64,000 nt of DNA from Octopus sinensis (taxonomy: Eukaryota), in the NCBI RefSeq assembly GCF_006345805.1, contig NC_042999.1, positions 152,644,001 to 152,708,000 on the forward strand, written 5' to 3'. Below, piece after piece: positions 25,906-36,912 of this stretch (position 1 is the stretch's first letter; each line of letters starts with the position of its first letter). The position numbers and the translations under genes were made by a program. Below the pieces are notes generated by a model. That model was not told where the DNA came from. It did not search any database and saw only the letters and a program-made list of their open reading frames with translations.

Positions 25906-26366
25906 TAGGAAGATTAATGAAAATGCAGCGGCGGTGGTGCTAAATCCGAAGTTCTGCTTCTTTTTACGTCATCAGTAAATATCCACTGGCACCACATGCT
26001 AACCGAAAATCGGACGCCGGCTGATATAGTTAAATAGTGACTGAAATGCCACCGATGCTGAATTTAGTCGGAAGAGTGGAAAAAAAAATCGTTATCTATG
26101 ACGGAATTGTGGCTAATGGCGTGAGTCCTGATTGGAAGAAGAAGAAGAAGAAGAAGAAGAAGAAGAAGAAGAAAGCAACAAAAACGATAGCAGAGACAAT
26201 AACGCAAACCTTTCAAGATTTCTGCTGGAACATATCTAAAATAACCTTGTGTGGTAGCCATAAATATAGTTATGAATATGGACCTAACATTAAGGTATTA
26301 GTAACGGTGCGTGTAACAGTACAATTGCTCACCACGTCATTGATTGCCGATTAGGTATTTACAATG

Positions 26367-26618
26367 GTATGGCTATTAAAATCTAGAATAATGTAAGTTT
26401 TCAGTTTTATGTCTTATATAATTCTCTGATAGTAAATGGTTTTAAATTTGGTGCAGCTATTTACTGGAAAGTTCCACCAATATTTCTTGTTAAAAGTGAG
26501 CACAGTTCCTAGATTTGATCGAGTTTCACACACTTTCTCCGAAGATGTAGTATTATTTTTCTGATTTACGTTACGGATATTCATAAAATCTTACCTTTAG
26601 TTACCGAAAAAGATAACG
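26367..26618 (+). repeat. Copy 1 of an about 245-bp direct duplication (copy 2 at 27980-28219)
   Basis: GTATGGCTATTAAAATCTAG...GGTGCAGCTATTTACTGGAAAGTTCCACCAATATTTCTTGTTAAAAGTGAGCACA is present twice. Confidence 0.9.
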
Positions 26619-26619
26619 T

Positions 26620-27346
26620 AAAAACAGATGAAATACCGCTAAGCATTTTACCCGGCGTGCTAAAGTTTTTTATTTCTTTATTGCCCACAAGAGGCTAAAC
26701 ATAGAGAGGACAAACAAGGACAGACAAACGGATTAAGTCGATTACATCGAACCCAGTGCGTAACTGGTACCCCGAAAGGATGAAAGACAAAGTCGACCTC
26801 GGCGGAATTTGAACTCAGAACGTAAAGACAGACGAAATATCTATTTCTTTACTACCTACAAGGGGCTAAACACAGAGAGGACAAACAAGGACAGACAAAC
26901 GGATTAAGTCGATTATATCGATCCCAGTGCGTAACTAGTACTTATTTAATCGACCCCGAAAGGATGAAAGGCAAAGTCGACCTCGGCGGAATTTGAACTC
27001 AGAACGTAAAGACAGACGAAATATCGCTAAGCATTTTACCCGACGTGCTAACGTTTCTTCCAGCTCGCGGCCTTATAACGACAGATATAATACCTGTTTC
27101 TTTATTATCCACAAGGGGCTAAACATAGAGGGGACAAACAAGGTCAGACATACGGATTAAGTATATTATATCGACCCAGTGCCTAACTGGTACTTAATTT
27201 ATCGACCCCGAAAGGATGAAAGGCAAAGTCGACCTCGGCGGAATTTGAACTCAGAACGTAGCGGTAGACGAAATATCGCTAAGCATTTCGCGCTGCGTGT
27301 TAATTTTTCTGCCAGCTCGCGGCCTTATAACGACAGATATAATACC
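26620..27346 (-). mobile_element. SINE family B cluster (three cores, repeated heads)
   Basis: Three CCCGAAAGGATGAAAG...GTCGACCTCGGCGGAATTTGAACTCAGAACGTA units. Confidence 0.9.
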
Positions 27347-27494
27347 ATCACTCTGTCAAATATCATTACCTGCATAATGTAAATTTTTCTGTCTATATTG
27401 AAGTGTATAAAGATTAAAATCCAGAGGGTTTATTTTTACTTAACCAAACAGATTTAATTATCATTCATGTATTTGTTAAATATACTCTTAAAAA

Positions 27495-27818
27495 GGATCA
27501 CTCCGTCGGTTACGACGACGAGGGTCCCAGTTGATACGATCAACAGAACAGCCTGTTCATGAAATTAACGTGCAAGTGACTGAGCAATCCACAGACACGC
27601 GTACCCATACGTAGTTCTCAGGGAGATTCAGCGTGACACAAAGTATGACAAGGCCGGCCCCTTTGAAATACAGGTACAACTCATTTTTACCAGCTGAGTG
27701 GACTGGAGCAACGTGAAATAAAGTGTCTTGCTCAAGGACTCAACGCGTCGCCGGGAATCGAACTCACGACCTTACAATCGCGAGCCGAATGCCCTAACCC
27801 CAAATCACGCGCCTTCAC
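27495..27818 (-). mobile_element. tRNA-derived SINE (family C)
   Basis: Minus-strand head GTGAAGGCGCGTG...GGTTAGGGCATTCGGCTCGCGATTGTAAGGTCGTGAGTTCGATTCCCGGC (B box), then CTTGAGCAAGACACTTT. Confidence 0.8.
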
Positions 27819-27979
27819 ATTCTTACATATATCTTGGTCCAATCAGTGGCTCACCAGCAGCGCTCGCGACGCTTCATCAACCAAGAAGGGATGAAAGTTT
27901 CAGTAAAGGAGTTCTTCGCTTGGAAGGATAAGTACTAGCCTAAAACGGTGCAAATACATTGTCTCTACTTTGACTGCTA

Positions 27980-28219
27980 GTATGGCTATTAAAATCTAGC
28001 ATAATGTTTTATGTCTTATATAATTCTCTGATAATAAATGGTTTTAAATTTGGTGCAGCTATTTACTGGAAAGTTCCACCAATATTTCTTGTTAAAAGTG
28101 AGCACATTTTCTATATTTAATTGAGTTTGACACACTTTTTCCAAAGATGTAGTATTATTTTCTGATTTACGTTACGGATACTCATAAAATCTTTCCTTTG
28201 GTTACGGAAAAAGAAAACG
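27980..28219 (+). repeat. Copy 2 of the about 245-bp direct duplication
   Basis: See 26367-26618. It lacks a 12-nt segment present in copy 1. Confidence 0.9.
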
Positions 28220-28763
28220 GTGGCGTTTATGTTAGAAGCTAACTGACAGATAGTATCAGTAAGTGTTTAAGACGTTTAGGCGCCGCGCATTTGGCGCTGA
28301 ATTATTTGACACCAGAGAGTTAAATATTTCTGTTGTTCTCTCCCCAACTCTCTCTCCTCCCCCTCTCTCTCCTGCCCCCTCTCTCTCTTTGTGTATCTCT
28401 ATGCTTGCGTATATATTTCTCTACGTATGTATAAAGAGAGGGAGAGAGTTTGTGTCAATCACGTTTAATTGATAAATTGCAATGTCTCTCTCCCTCTTCT
28501 TCCCTCTCCTTTCCACCTCTCCTTCTTGCTCAGAAAGAACGTTGACCTGCCTGCCTAGCCGATGGGATCATATAATTTGAATGCTACAACAATGCGAGGA
28601 AGCGTAATGTGACAAGCGGTGCATAACTACATCCGATAGTCTGGTCGATTGACACACACACATTAAGTAAAATATCCTAACATAGTTAGAGTATCCGCAT
28701 ATATACATGCATACATACTTACATTCACACACACACACACACACACATATTATATACATATAT

Positions 28764-28797
<34 letters not shown>

Positions 28798-28890
28798 ATA
28801 TTATTATATATATATGAAATGTATAAATGAATTATCTTGTTAAGGATATTCAAAATTTAACCGATCCCGGGTAGCAAAAATCACAACAGA

Positions 28891-28973
28891 TTTTCCTGAA
28901 GAGAATGCTGCAAATGGTCTCCTTATTCAATCCGAATTTGGAAATTTGCGGCCTTTGAAACATGTGTAGAAGA
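28891..28973 (+). ncRNA. Type I hammerhead ribozyme motif (Penelope/retrozyme type)
   Basis: TTTTC-CTGAAGA-[GAATGCTGCAAAT...ATTTGCGGCCTTT]-GAAA-CATGTG-TA^-GAAGA. The core is intact; stem I has 5 bp, stem II 12/13 bp, and stem III is near-palindromic. Predicted cleavage is after 28968. Confidence 0.8.
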
Positions 28974-29031
28974 TAATAAAAGGAATTATGTAGAATCTTC
29001 GTTCAGCTCCATTTTCCCTTCACTAAATAAT

Positions 29032-29084
<53 letters not shown>

Positions 29085-29119
29085 ATATTATAGAATATAT
29101 ATATATATATATTTTACAC

Positions 29120-29210
29120 CGTTTATTCCTTTGGAATAACACCAATGTTGTCTTCGAAACATATGTCGAAAGTAAAAGAATTTGAATAACGTCTGCGTTC
29201 AACTCCATTT
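29120..29210 (+). ncRNA. 3' half of a second hammerhead-containing repeat
   Basis: TTC-GAAACATATGTC-GAAAG has a perfect ACATATGT palindrome, and the downstream sequence is homologous to that following the 28891 motif. The CUGANGA half is replaced by (TA)n. Confidence 0.5.
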
Positions 29211-29855
29211 ATTTACTTATATATATATATATATATATAATCTATGCATTAATTTTGTCACTTTCATTTATATACGCAGACTGGATTTATTTAAAGTTTC
29301 TTGTTTGTTTTGAGAGATAGACGGAGACTCTGTTGACGATAATACGATTTCGATGGAATCAACTATTGGAAGTTAGAATCTTTCAGATTTTCATATCCAC
29401 CATTTGCGATTCCGTCTCCAGTACAATAACGTATTTCGTATGTTATTGCTATTACTAATCCTGCACAGATATTGCACCGAATTAACCTTATATTAGACGA
29501 AATAACTTGTTATATCTTTCTGAAACTTTTATCGTATTCTTTGGATTATCTTACTTTGTAGATTATCTCTCCTAGCAGTATGGATTATTGTCTATTCTTA
29601 GCTGTATACAATATATGTGTATCCTGAAACACACATTGCTTATATAACCACATGCGTACTTATATAGATACATATACGTAAACATAGGTGAACGCGTGGC
29701 TGTGTGATAAGACGTTTGCATTCCAGCCACAAGGTTCCGGGTTCAGCCCCATTATGCGGCACCTTCATGCCAACCAAAGCCTTGTGAGCGGATTTAGACG
29801 GAAACTGGAAGACGTCCGTCGTATGTATGCATAACCCGCTTCGACTAAATAATTA

Positions 29856-30070
29856 TTTCTACTCTAAGTACAAGGACTTGAACATTTTGGGGGAAGAGGA
29901 CTAGTTGATTATATCGACCCCAGTGCGTAACTAGTACATATTTGATCGACCCCGAAAGGATGAAAGACAAAGTTGACCTCGGCGGAATTTGAACTCAGAA
30001 CGTATCGGCAGACGAAATACCGCTGAGCATTTCGCCCGACCTGCTAACGATTCTACCAGTTAGCTACCTT
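29856..30070 (-). mobile_element. SINE family B monomer
   Basis: GACCCCGAAAGGATGAAAGACAAAGTTGACCTCGGCGGAATTTGAACTCAG. Confidence 0.85.
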
Positions 30071-30861
30071 TCACGTTGACTAAACATTAACAGACTCAAG
30101 GTATCTTCCCACAAAACTACCCATGTGACCACATATAGTAGCAGTGATACCCCTTCCCACTCTACAAGTGCCGCGTTATAACACCACACACCAATCAAGG
30201 GTTTTATATCGGCGGCACTATTGATTTATATAAATAAGCGTACATACACACACATACATATATAAATATATATATGTATACATTATATACATACAATATA
30301 TATATATAATAGATATATATATATATTATATATATATATATATAATATATATATATATATATGATATATATATATGTATGTTACATACATGTGTGCGTAT
30401 ATATAGTTATATATAATATGTGCATGTGTGTTTGAGTTTCCTCACCTTATTTGGAGTTGATTTCCATTGCCATCAGGTGATTGTTTCACCTTTTCCTGAA
30501 GCAAAGATAGATTAAATAAATAACGAATTTATCTTATATAGCAATTTTATTCGTTTTTGTTCTTTAAATTCACGTCAATGGCCACTCTGAGTCAGTTATC
30601 TTAGTTACTTTCTTGGTTCATATATGCAAATTAAACTTTGCCATCTTTCTTACTCATTTTGCAGTTCTAAGATCTTTGGTGGAAATTTACGTGTCTACAT
30701 ATTTTCTCTTGTCTTCGGACAGTGAGAATGTAGTTATATGTGTGTGTGTGTGTATTTATGTATATAGTAAATCTCCAAAAAGAAGAACAAACAAATTCAA
30801 CAACACGAGGATGCGGTACATGTAATGTATTAGCAGACGTTCAGGAAAGGAAATAAAGATG

Positions 30862-30897
30862 GTTTAACGTTTCGAGCAGATGCACTTCTTCGGAAAC
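30862..30897 (-). ncRNA. Minimal hammerhead-like motif with U4>C in a Penelope-like terminal repeat
   Basis: The minus strand reads GTTT-CCGAAGA-A-GTGCATCTGCTC-GAAA-CGTT^-AAAC: a 4-bp stem I, palindromic AACGTT stem III and one stem II mismatch. Confidence 0.55.
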
Positions 30898-31103
30898 AGA
30901 GAAAAATCCAATAGACGGGGGAAGAAAAGTCCAAAAGACGGGGGAAGAAAATCGCCAACGATTCACATGTGGTTATATTTTAATATATATATATACATAT
31001 ATACATATACATATATATATATATACATATATACATACATTCATACATACATGCATACATGAATGCATACATACATGCATACATACATACATACATACAT
31101 ACA

Positions 31104-31134
<31 letters not shown>

Positions 31135-31972
31135 GAGATTGACTGGACTCTCAGAATGAAGCCTGTTGTCTTTGTGTTTAACTCGTAATGTCAAAGACAG
31201 TCCATCCATGAACGTTACGTCTGTTTTCAAGCATTGCATATATAACTACGATATCCATATTACGTTTCATTTTGAAAAAAAAAATTAAAAATATAATTTC
31301 AGGAAGATTTGGCAACTATTTCTTGAAGAACAATTACCCTCGTAGAAAGCCACATCGTTGGCTGCAAAATTATGAAGAAAAAAAGAAAGACAGAACAATC
31401 TGTGATAGTCACGTTGGTGGAGTGTTGTTGGTAGTCATGTGGGGCAAATGATATTACATCAGAAACAAACAGTAGAGAGGATAAGGAAAAATAATTATCT
31501 TTGCTATGTGTCATATTTCATGAAAGAAGTCTTATGCAAATAGGTTTTAAATTACTTCGAAATTCCCTTTCTGTTTATTGGTTCTTCTGTTTTTTATAAT
31601 CACATTTCAACTATTTACGTTGTGTGATAGATGTGTAGCAACTACTTGTTTATTCCTTGCAGGAGTGATCACTTGAAAATTCCCAATATATTATTGAACA
31701 TGTCGTCACTTTGAAAGAAGCATATCTCTCAACAACGTCGACGAGAAACGGAAACTTTAAATACTTCAACCTACCATCGAATATTTAACAAGTTCATCAA
31801 TCTCTCTCAGAAATATACATACATGCATACATACATACATATATGTGTGTGCGCGTGTGTTAGTTTGTATACATATATGTGTGTGTGCGTGTGTTTATGT
31901 GGGATTATGTGTTCATACGCATACACATTCAGACAGGTAGGTAGATTGAAGTGTGTAGGATATATCTATATC

Positions 31973-32033
<61 letters not shown>

Positions 32034-32064
32034 TTATTTGTTTATATGCATATATATATATACT

Positions 32065-32099
<35 letters not shown>

Positions 32100-32985
32100 A
32101 TATATATACATGCATACATTTACATATATGGTACGTAAATGTAATGCATATATATATATGTATATATATATGTATATATGTATATACATGCATGCATAAA
32201 TACAACACTCACACACACATACGCCGATACACACACGCATACACAGACACATATAGACAGTTATATACAAGTTCATATATAAACAAATAAATAGATCGAT
32301 GTGTACAAAGATACAAAAGTTTATGTATATATATATACATACATACATATATATATATACATACATATATGTATATATAAGTTTGTATGCATACACACAC
32401 GTATATGTTCACAAATATATATACATATATATACGTGTGTGTGTGTGTTTGTGCGTGTGTGTATCTCTATGTGTGTCTGTGCGTTCAAAATCTTCAACTG
32501 AGTTTGGTAAACAAATTCAAAAACATCTTAGTAGTTTACTAATATCCCGTTTTGTTTTTTTATTTCTTTTGGTATCTGATTGCTTTTGATTCCTTTGTCT
32601 TAGTTCTTTTTTTGCGGCAAATTCTATCTGGTAGATTAGTTTAAAAAAAAAAAAAGAAAAAAAAAACAAAAAAAAAAACAAGGTAAAATGTGATAAGCGC
32701 CGTAGTAGAAAAAAAAACAAAAAAGAAGACACGACTTCAAACTGATTACCATATCCCGTTTAGATCAATTCCTTGTATTTAAAATTACTAATGTCCTTGA
32801 ATGTTTCATGAAGGTTGTAGAATAATTCCGTTCTATTTCTTTTAAACAGAAATTTTGCTTTGTTTTTTTCTGGCACCAAAATACGCGACTGGTAATGTCG
32901 TTCAGCCTCTGCAATATTTCTTTACGTGTATTCATGGCTATTGATGTACCATATTACTGTGATCCTCTTAATACACAAATATCCG

Positions 32986-33565
32986 TTTCTACTCTAGGCG
33001 CAAGGCCCGAAATTTTTTGGGGAAGGGGTTGGTCGATTAGATCGACCCCAATACACAACTGGTACTTAATTTATCGACCCCGAAAGGACAAAAGGCAAAG
33101 TCAACCTCGGCGGAATTTGAACTTTGAACGTAAAAACAGACGAAATACCTATTTCTTTACTGCCGATAAGGGGCTACCCACAGAGAGGACAAACGATGAC
33201 AGACAAACGGATTAAGTTGATTATATCGACCCCAGTATGTAACTGGTACTTATTTAATTGACCCCGAAAGGATGAAAGGCAAAGTCAACTTCGGCGGAAT
33301 TTGAACTCAGAACGTAGCGGCAGACGAAATACCTATTTCTTTACTACCCACAAGGGGCTAAATACAGAGAGGACAAACAATGACAGACAAACGGATTAAG
33401 ACGATTACATCGACCCCAGTGCGTAACTGGTTCTTAATTTATCGACCCCGAGAGGATGAAAGGCAAAGTCGACCCCGGCGGAATTTGAACTCAGAACGTA
33501 ACGGCAGACGAAATACCGCTAAGCATTTCGCCCGGCGTGCTAACATTTCTGCCAGCTCGCCGCCC
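32986..33565 (-). mobile_element. SINE family B trimer (one head)
   Basis: Three cores joined at GACGAAATACCTATTTCTTTACT, with the head only at the right end. Confidence 0.9.
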
Positions 33566-33710
33566 TTACTAATGCAGTATATTCTTGTCCGCTCTAGGCA
33601 CAAGATCCGAAATTTTTGAGAGAAGGTTAGTCGATTTGATTGAACACAAGTACGCAACTGGTACTTACCAAGACGCTTCCTGATTGTTGTGTTACAAGTA
33701 TACATTCCAG

Positions 33711-33884
33711 TGTGAAGCCTCGTGGCCTAGTGGTTCGTATGTTGCAATCAGGATCGCAATATCGCGGCTTCGATTCCAGAAGCGGCTACTAAGTTGTGCT
33801 CTTAATCTTGAGTGAAACACTTCGTTTCACTCCTATTCACCGTAAATGAATAAATCTGCGACGGACTGGCATCCCTTTCAGGGA
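33711..33884 (+). mobile_element. tRNA-derived SINE head, degenerate
   Basis: GTGGCCTAGTGGTT (A box), GCTTCGATTCC (B box), and GCGACGGACTGGCATCCC shared with 46307-46330. Confidence 0.65.
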
Positions 33885-34071
33885 CTACCTTAATAATAAT
33901 AATAAGAAGAAGAATAAGAAGAAGAAGAAGAAGTAGTAGTAGTAGTAGTAGTGTAGTAGTAGTGGTATTAGTAGTAGTAGTATCAGTAGTGGTGGTATGG
34001 TGGTGTATATTAGTAGTAGTAGTAGTAGTGGTGGTGGTGGTGGTGGTGGTGGTAGTAGTAGTAGTAGTAGT

Positions 34072-34498
34072 GGAGCATTGTCAGGTGTTTGACCTTAACC
34101 AGTTGCCCATGTCCCTTAGTGGCTGACAATATATGCGTCTCTGACCACAAGCAGAATTAATGGGGGGGGGCATCATAGCCGTGTGTTGAAAGGAATTTTG
34201 GGAGGTTTGGATTATTCCCCTTTGGAAACTTGGGTGGTTCGTTCAACATCCTTAAGCAACCCTAATTCATGGACCTTTTGATTAGGATGGGCTACTCGAC
34301 CTGAAGAAAATTCTAACTGGGTCCCATCTACAAGGTCATGCGCTGTTTATCTTGCTATGAGATCACCATGTCGCGCACATATGGTTGTGATGCATGTGCC
34401 TGGTGTACCCTTATCAGACGGGTAGTCATGATGGATATACTTGGCTTCGTATATTTTACCCCAGTGTCGCTTTGATGGCATGCACTGCTCTCTCACTC
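34072..34498 (+). mobile_element. Non-coding interspersed element ending in (AAT)n
   Basis: The last about 90 bp (TTATCAGACGGGTAGTCATGATGG...CTCTCTCACTC-AATAAT) recur at 36621-36711. Both copies are embedded in triplet microsatellites. Confidence 0.7.
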
Positions 34499-34536
<38 letters not shown>

Positions 34537-35033
34537 TAATAATAATAATAATAATAATTTCTTCTATTAGCCAAAGAGTCATAGATGAGGGGCATGTCAC
34601 ACGGTCGTAAATTTCCCGGAGATAGGATAATACTTGCTTGGGCTTTAATTTGAACCCCGGAACATGTAAAAAAATGTGTTGGAAGAGATACTGCTTGGAG
34701 CGTTTTTTATCCGACGCTCTAACGATTCTGCAAGGCCACCACATCAACTACTACTCCTACTACTACTACTACTACAACTACTACCACCGCCACTACTACC
34801 CCCACCGCTACTACTACCACCACCACCACTGCCACTACCACAACTACTACTACTACTACTATTACTAATACCGCTACCACAATTACTACTACTACTACTC
34901 TTACCACTACCACTACTACCACCACCACTACTACTACCACCATCACTGCTAGTACTACTAACACTGCTGCTGCCCCTCCTCCTCCTCCACCACTACCACC
35001 ACCACCACCACCTCCTCCTCCTACTACTACTAC

Positions 35034-35066
<33 letters not shown>

Positions 35067-36235
35067 CACCGCCGCTGCTGCTGTTGTCGCACTTGGTGTA
35101 AATTTTACCTTATCTAATTAATTATATTGTGTTTATTACATTTTTCCTCAATATCCAATACTAACACGGTAGGATAATTGTTTAATGTGTTTTGTGCGAC
35201 CCATTTCCAAAGCCCCTTTTGTTTTCTTTCCTTTTTTTGTTTTGTTTACGCTATTTTTTTTCTTTTTATTTTATATTGCTGTTGTTGTTGTGTTAGTTGT
35301 TTTTGCTGTTGTTGTTGCTTCGAATGTTACGCTAAGCTCTAATCTCCGATGGCATTCTATTGTAACTCGTGCATGTGAGTGAGTGAGTGATGTACGTGTG
35401 TGTTTGTATATATCTTTCTAAACTGATGCAGACGCCTTATATATTTCCGCTTCCGGGTAACCTGACCTGTAGGAAGAACTACAAAAGAAACGCCAAAGGT
35501 TAATGCATCTTGGGATAGCATGGCATTTCGTCGAACAATACAACTAACACATCAAATGGAAACCTTTACGCCTGGCGCTGTATTAGAGAAAATGCAAAGC
35601 TTTTAATAGGAATACGCTGTGGAGTTTTTCATAAGCATGCCGTTAATAATAATGACAGCAACGAGAACATCGTACAACCAACAGCAGTGGTGGTAGTAGC
35701 AGTGGAAGCAGCAACAGCAGTAACAGTAGTAGTAGTGGTTGTGGTGGTTTTGGTGGTCGTGGTGGTTGTGGTGGTTGTGGTGGTAATAGTGGTAGAAGTA
35801 GTAGTAGTAGTGGTAGTAGCAGTAATAGTGGTAGGTGTAGTAGTAGTAATGGTGGTAGAAGTAGTAGCAGTAGTGGAGTTAGTAGTAGTAGCAGTGATGG
35901 TGTTAGTAGTAGTGGGGGTGGTAGTAGTAGTAGTAATTGTGGTAGTGGTAGTAGTAATAGTAGTAGTTGTGTTAGTGGCAGTGGTGGTGGTGGTGGTACT
36001 AGTAGTGGTGGTATTAGGAGTAGTTGTAGCAGCAGTCGTAAAGGCCGTGGTGGTGGTGGTGGTGGTGGTGCTAGTAGTAGTAATAATAGTGGTAGTAGCG
36101 TTGGTGTAGTAGCGTTGGTAGTAGTGTTGGGGGAAGTAGTAATCGTAGTAGTAGTAGTGATGGTGGTGGTGGTGGTGTGGGGTGGTGGTGGGTGGTGGGT
36201 GGTAACTAGTGATGGTTGATGCAGACAACGAAGCC

Positions 36236-36269
<34 letters not shown>

Positions 36270-36551
36270 GCATCAACAAACCGCATCAAGAAGACAATGC
36301 AGAACGATGTCGTTAAAGACAACTACAGCAACAGCTGCAATATAATCTGCATTTCATTGCACTTCGCTGCACTCGTAGCAAAGAGGTGGAAAAGTGTAAG
36401 GGTCAGCAACAACAACAACAAGAGCAACAACAACAAAAATAATAAGAAGAAGAATAACAACAAGGATAAAAGCGCACGAGCGGCAATTGTGCGACAGCAG
36501 TGCATCTAACAACCCGTCAAGAACAACAACAAGAATAGGCTACGAATGGGA

Positions 36552-36601
<50 letters not shown>

Positions 36602-36620
36602 TGATAATAATAATAATAAA

Positions 36621-36711
36621 CCTTTATCAGACGGGTAGTCATGATGGGTATATTGGGCTTCGTATATTTTACCCCAGTGTCACTTTGATGGCATGCACTG
36701 CTCTCTCACTC
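36621..36711 (+). mobile_element. 5'-truncated second copy of the (AAT)n-tailed element
   Basis: Near-identical to 34409-34498 and flanked by (AAT)n on both sides. Confidence 0.75.
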
Positions 36712-36749
<38 letters not shown>

Positions 36750-36760
36750 TAATAATAATA

Positions 36761-36791
<31 letters not shown>

Positions 36792-36814
36792 AACAATAAC
36801 AATAATGATAATGA

Positions 36815-36907
<93 letters not shown>

Positions 36908-36912
36908 AATGT

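Noticed and set aside
34676-36279. Poly-V/T/L/D/H/S ORFs (also 44648-45336, 49080-49733, 59382-60197, 62645-63808)
   Set aside because: They are trinucleotide microsatellite artefacts with no complex domain or splice evidence.
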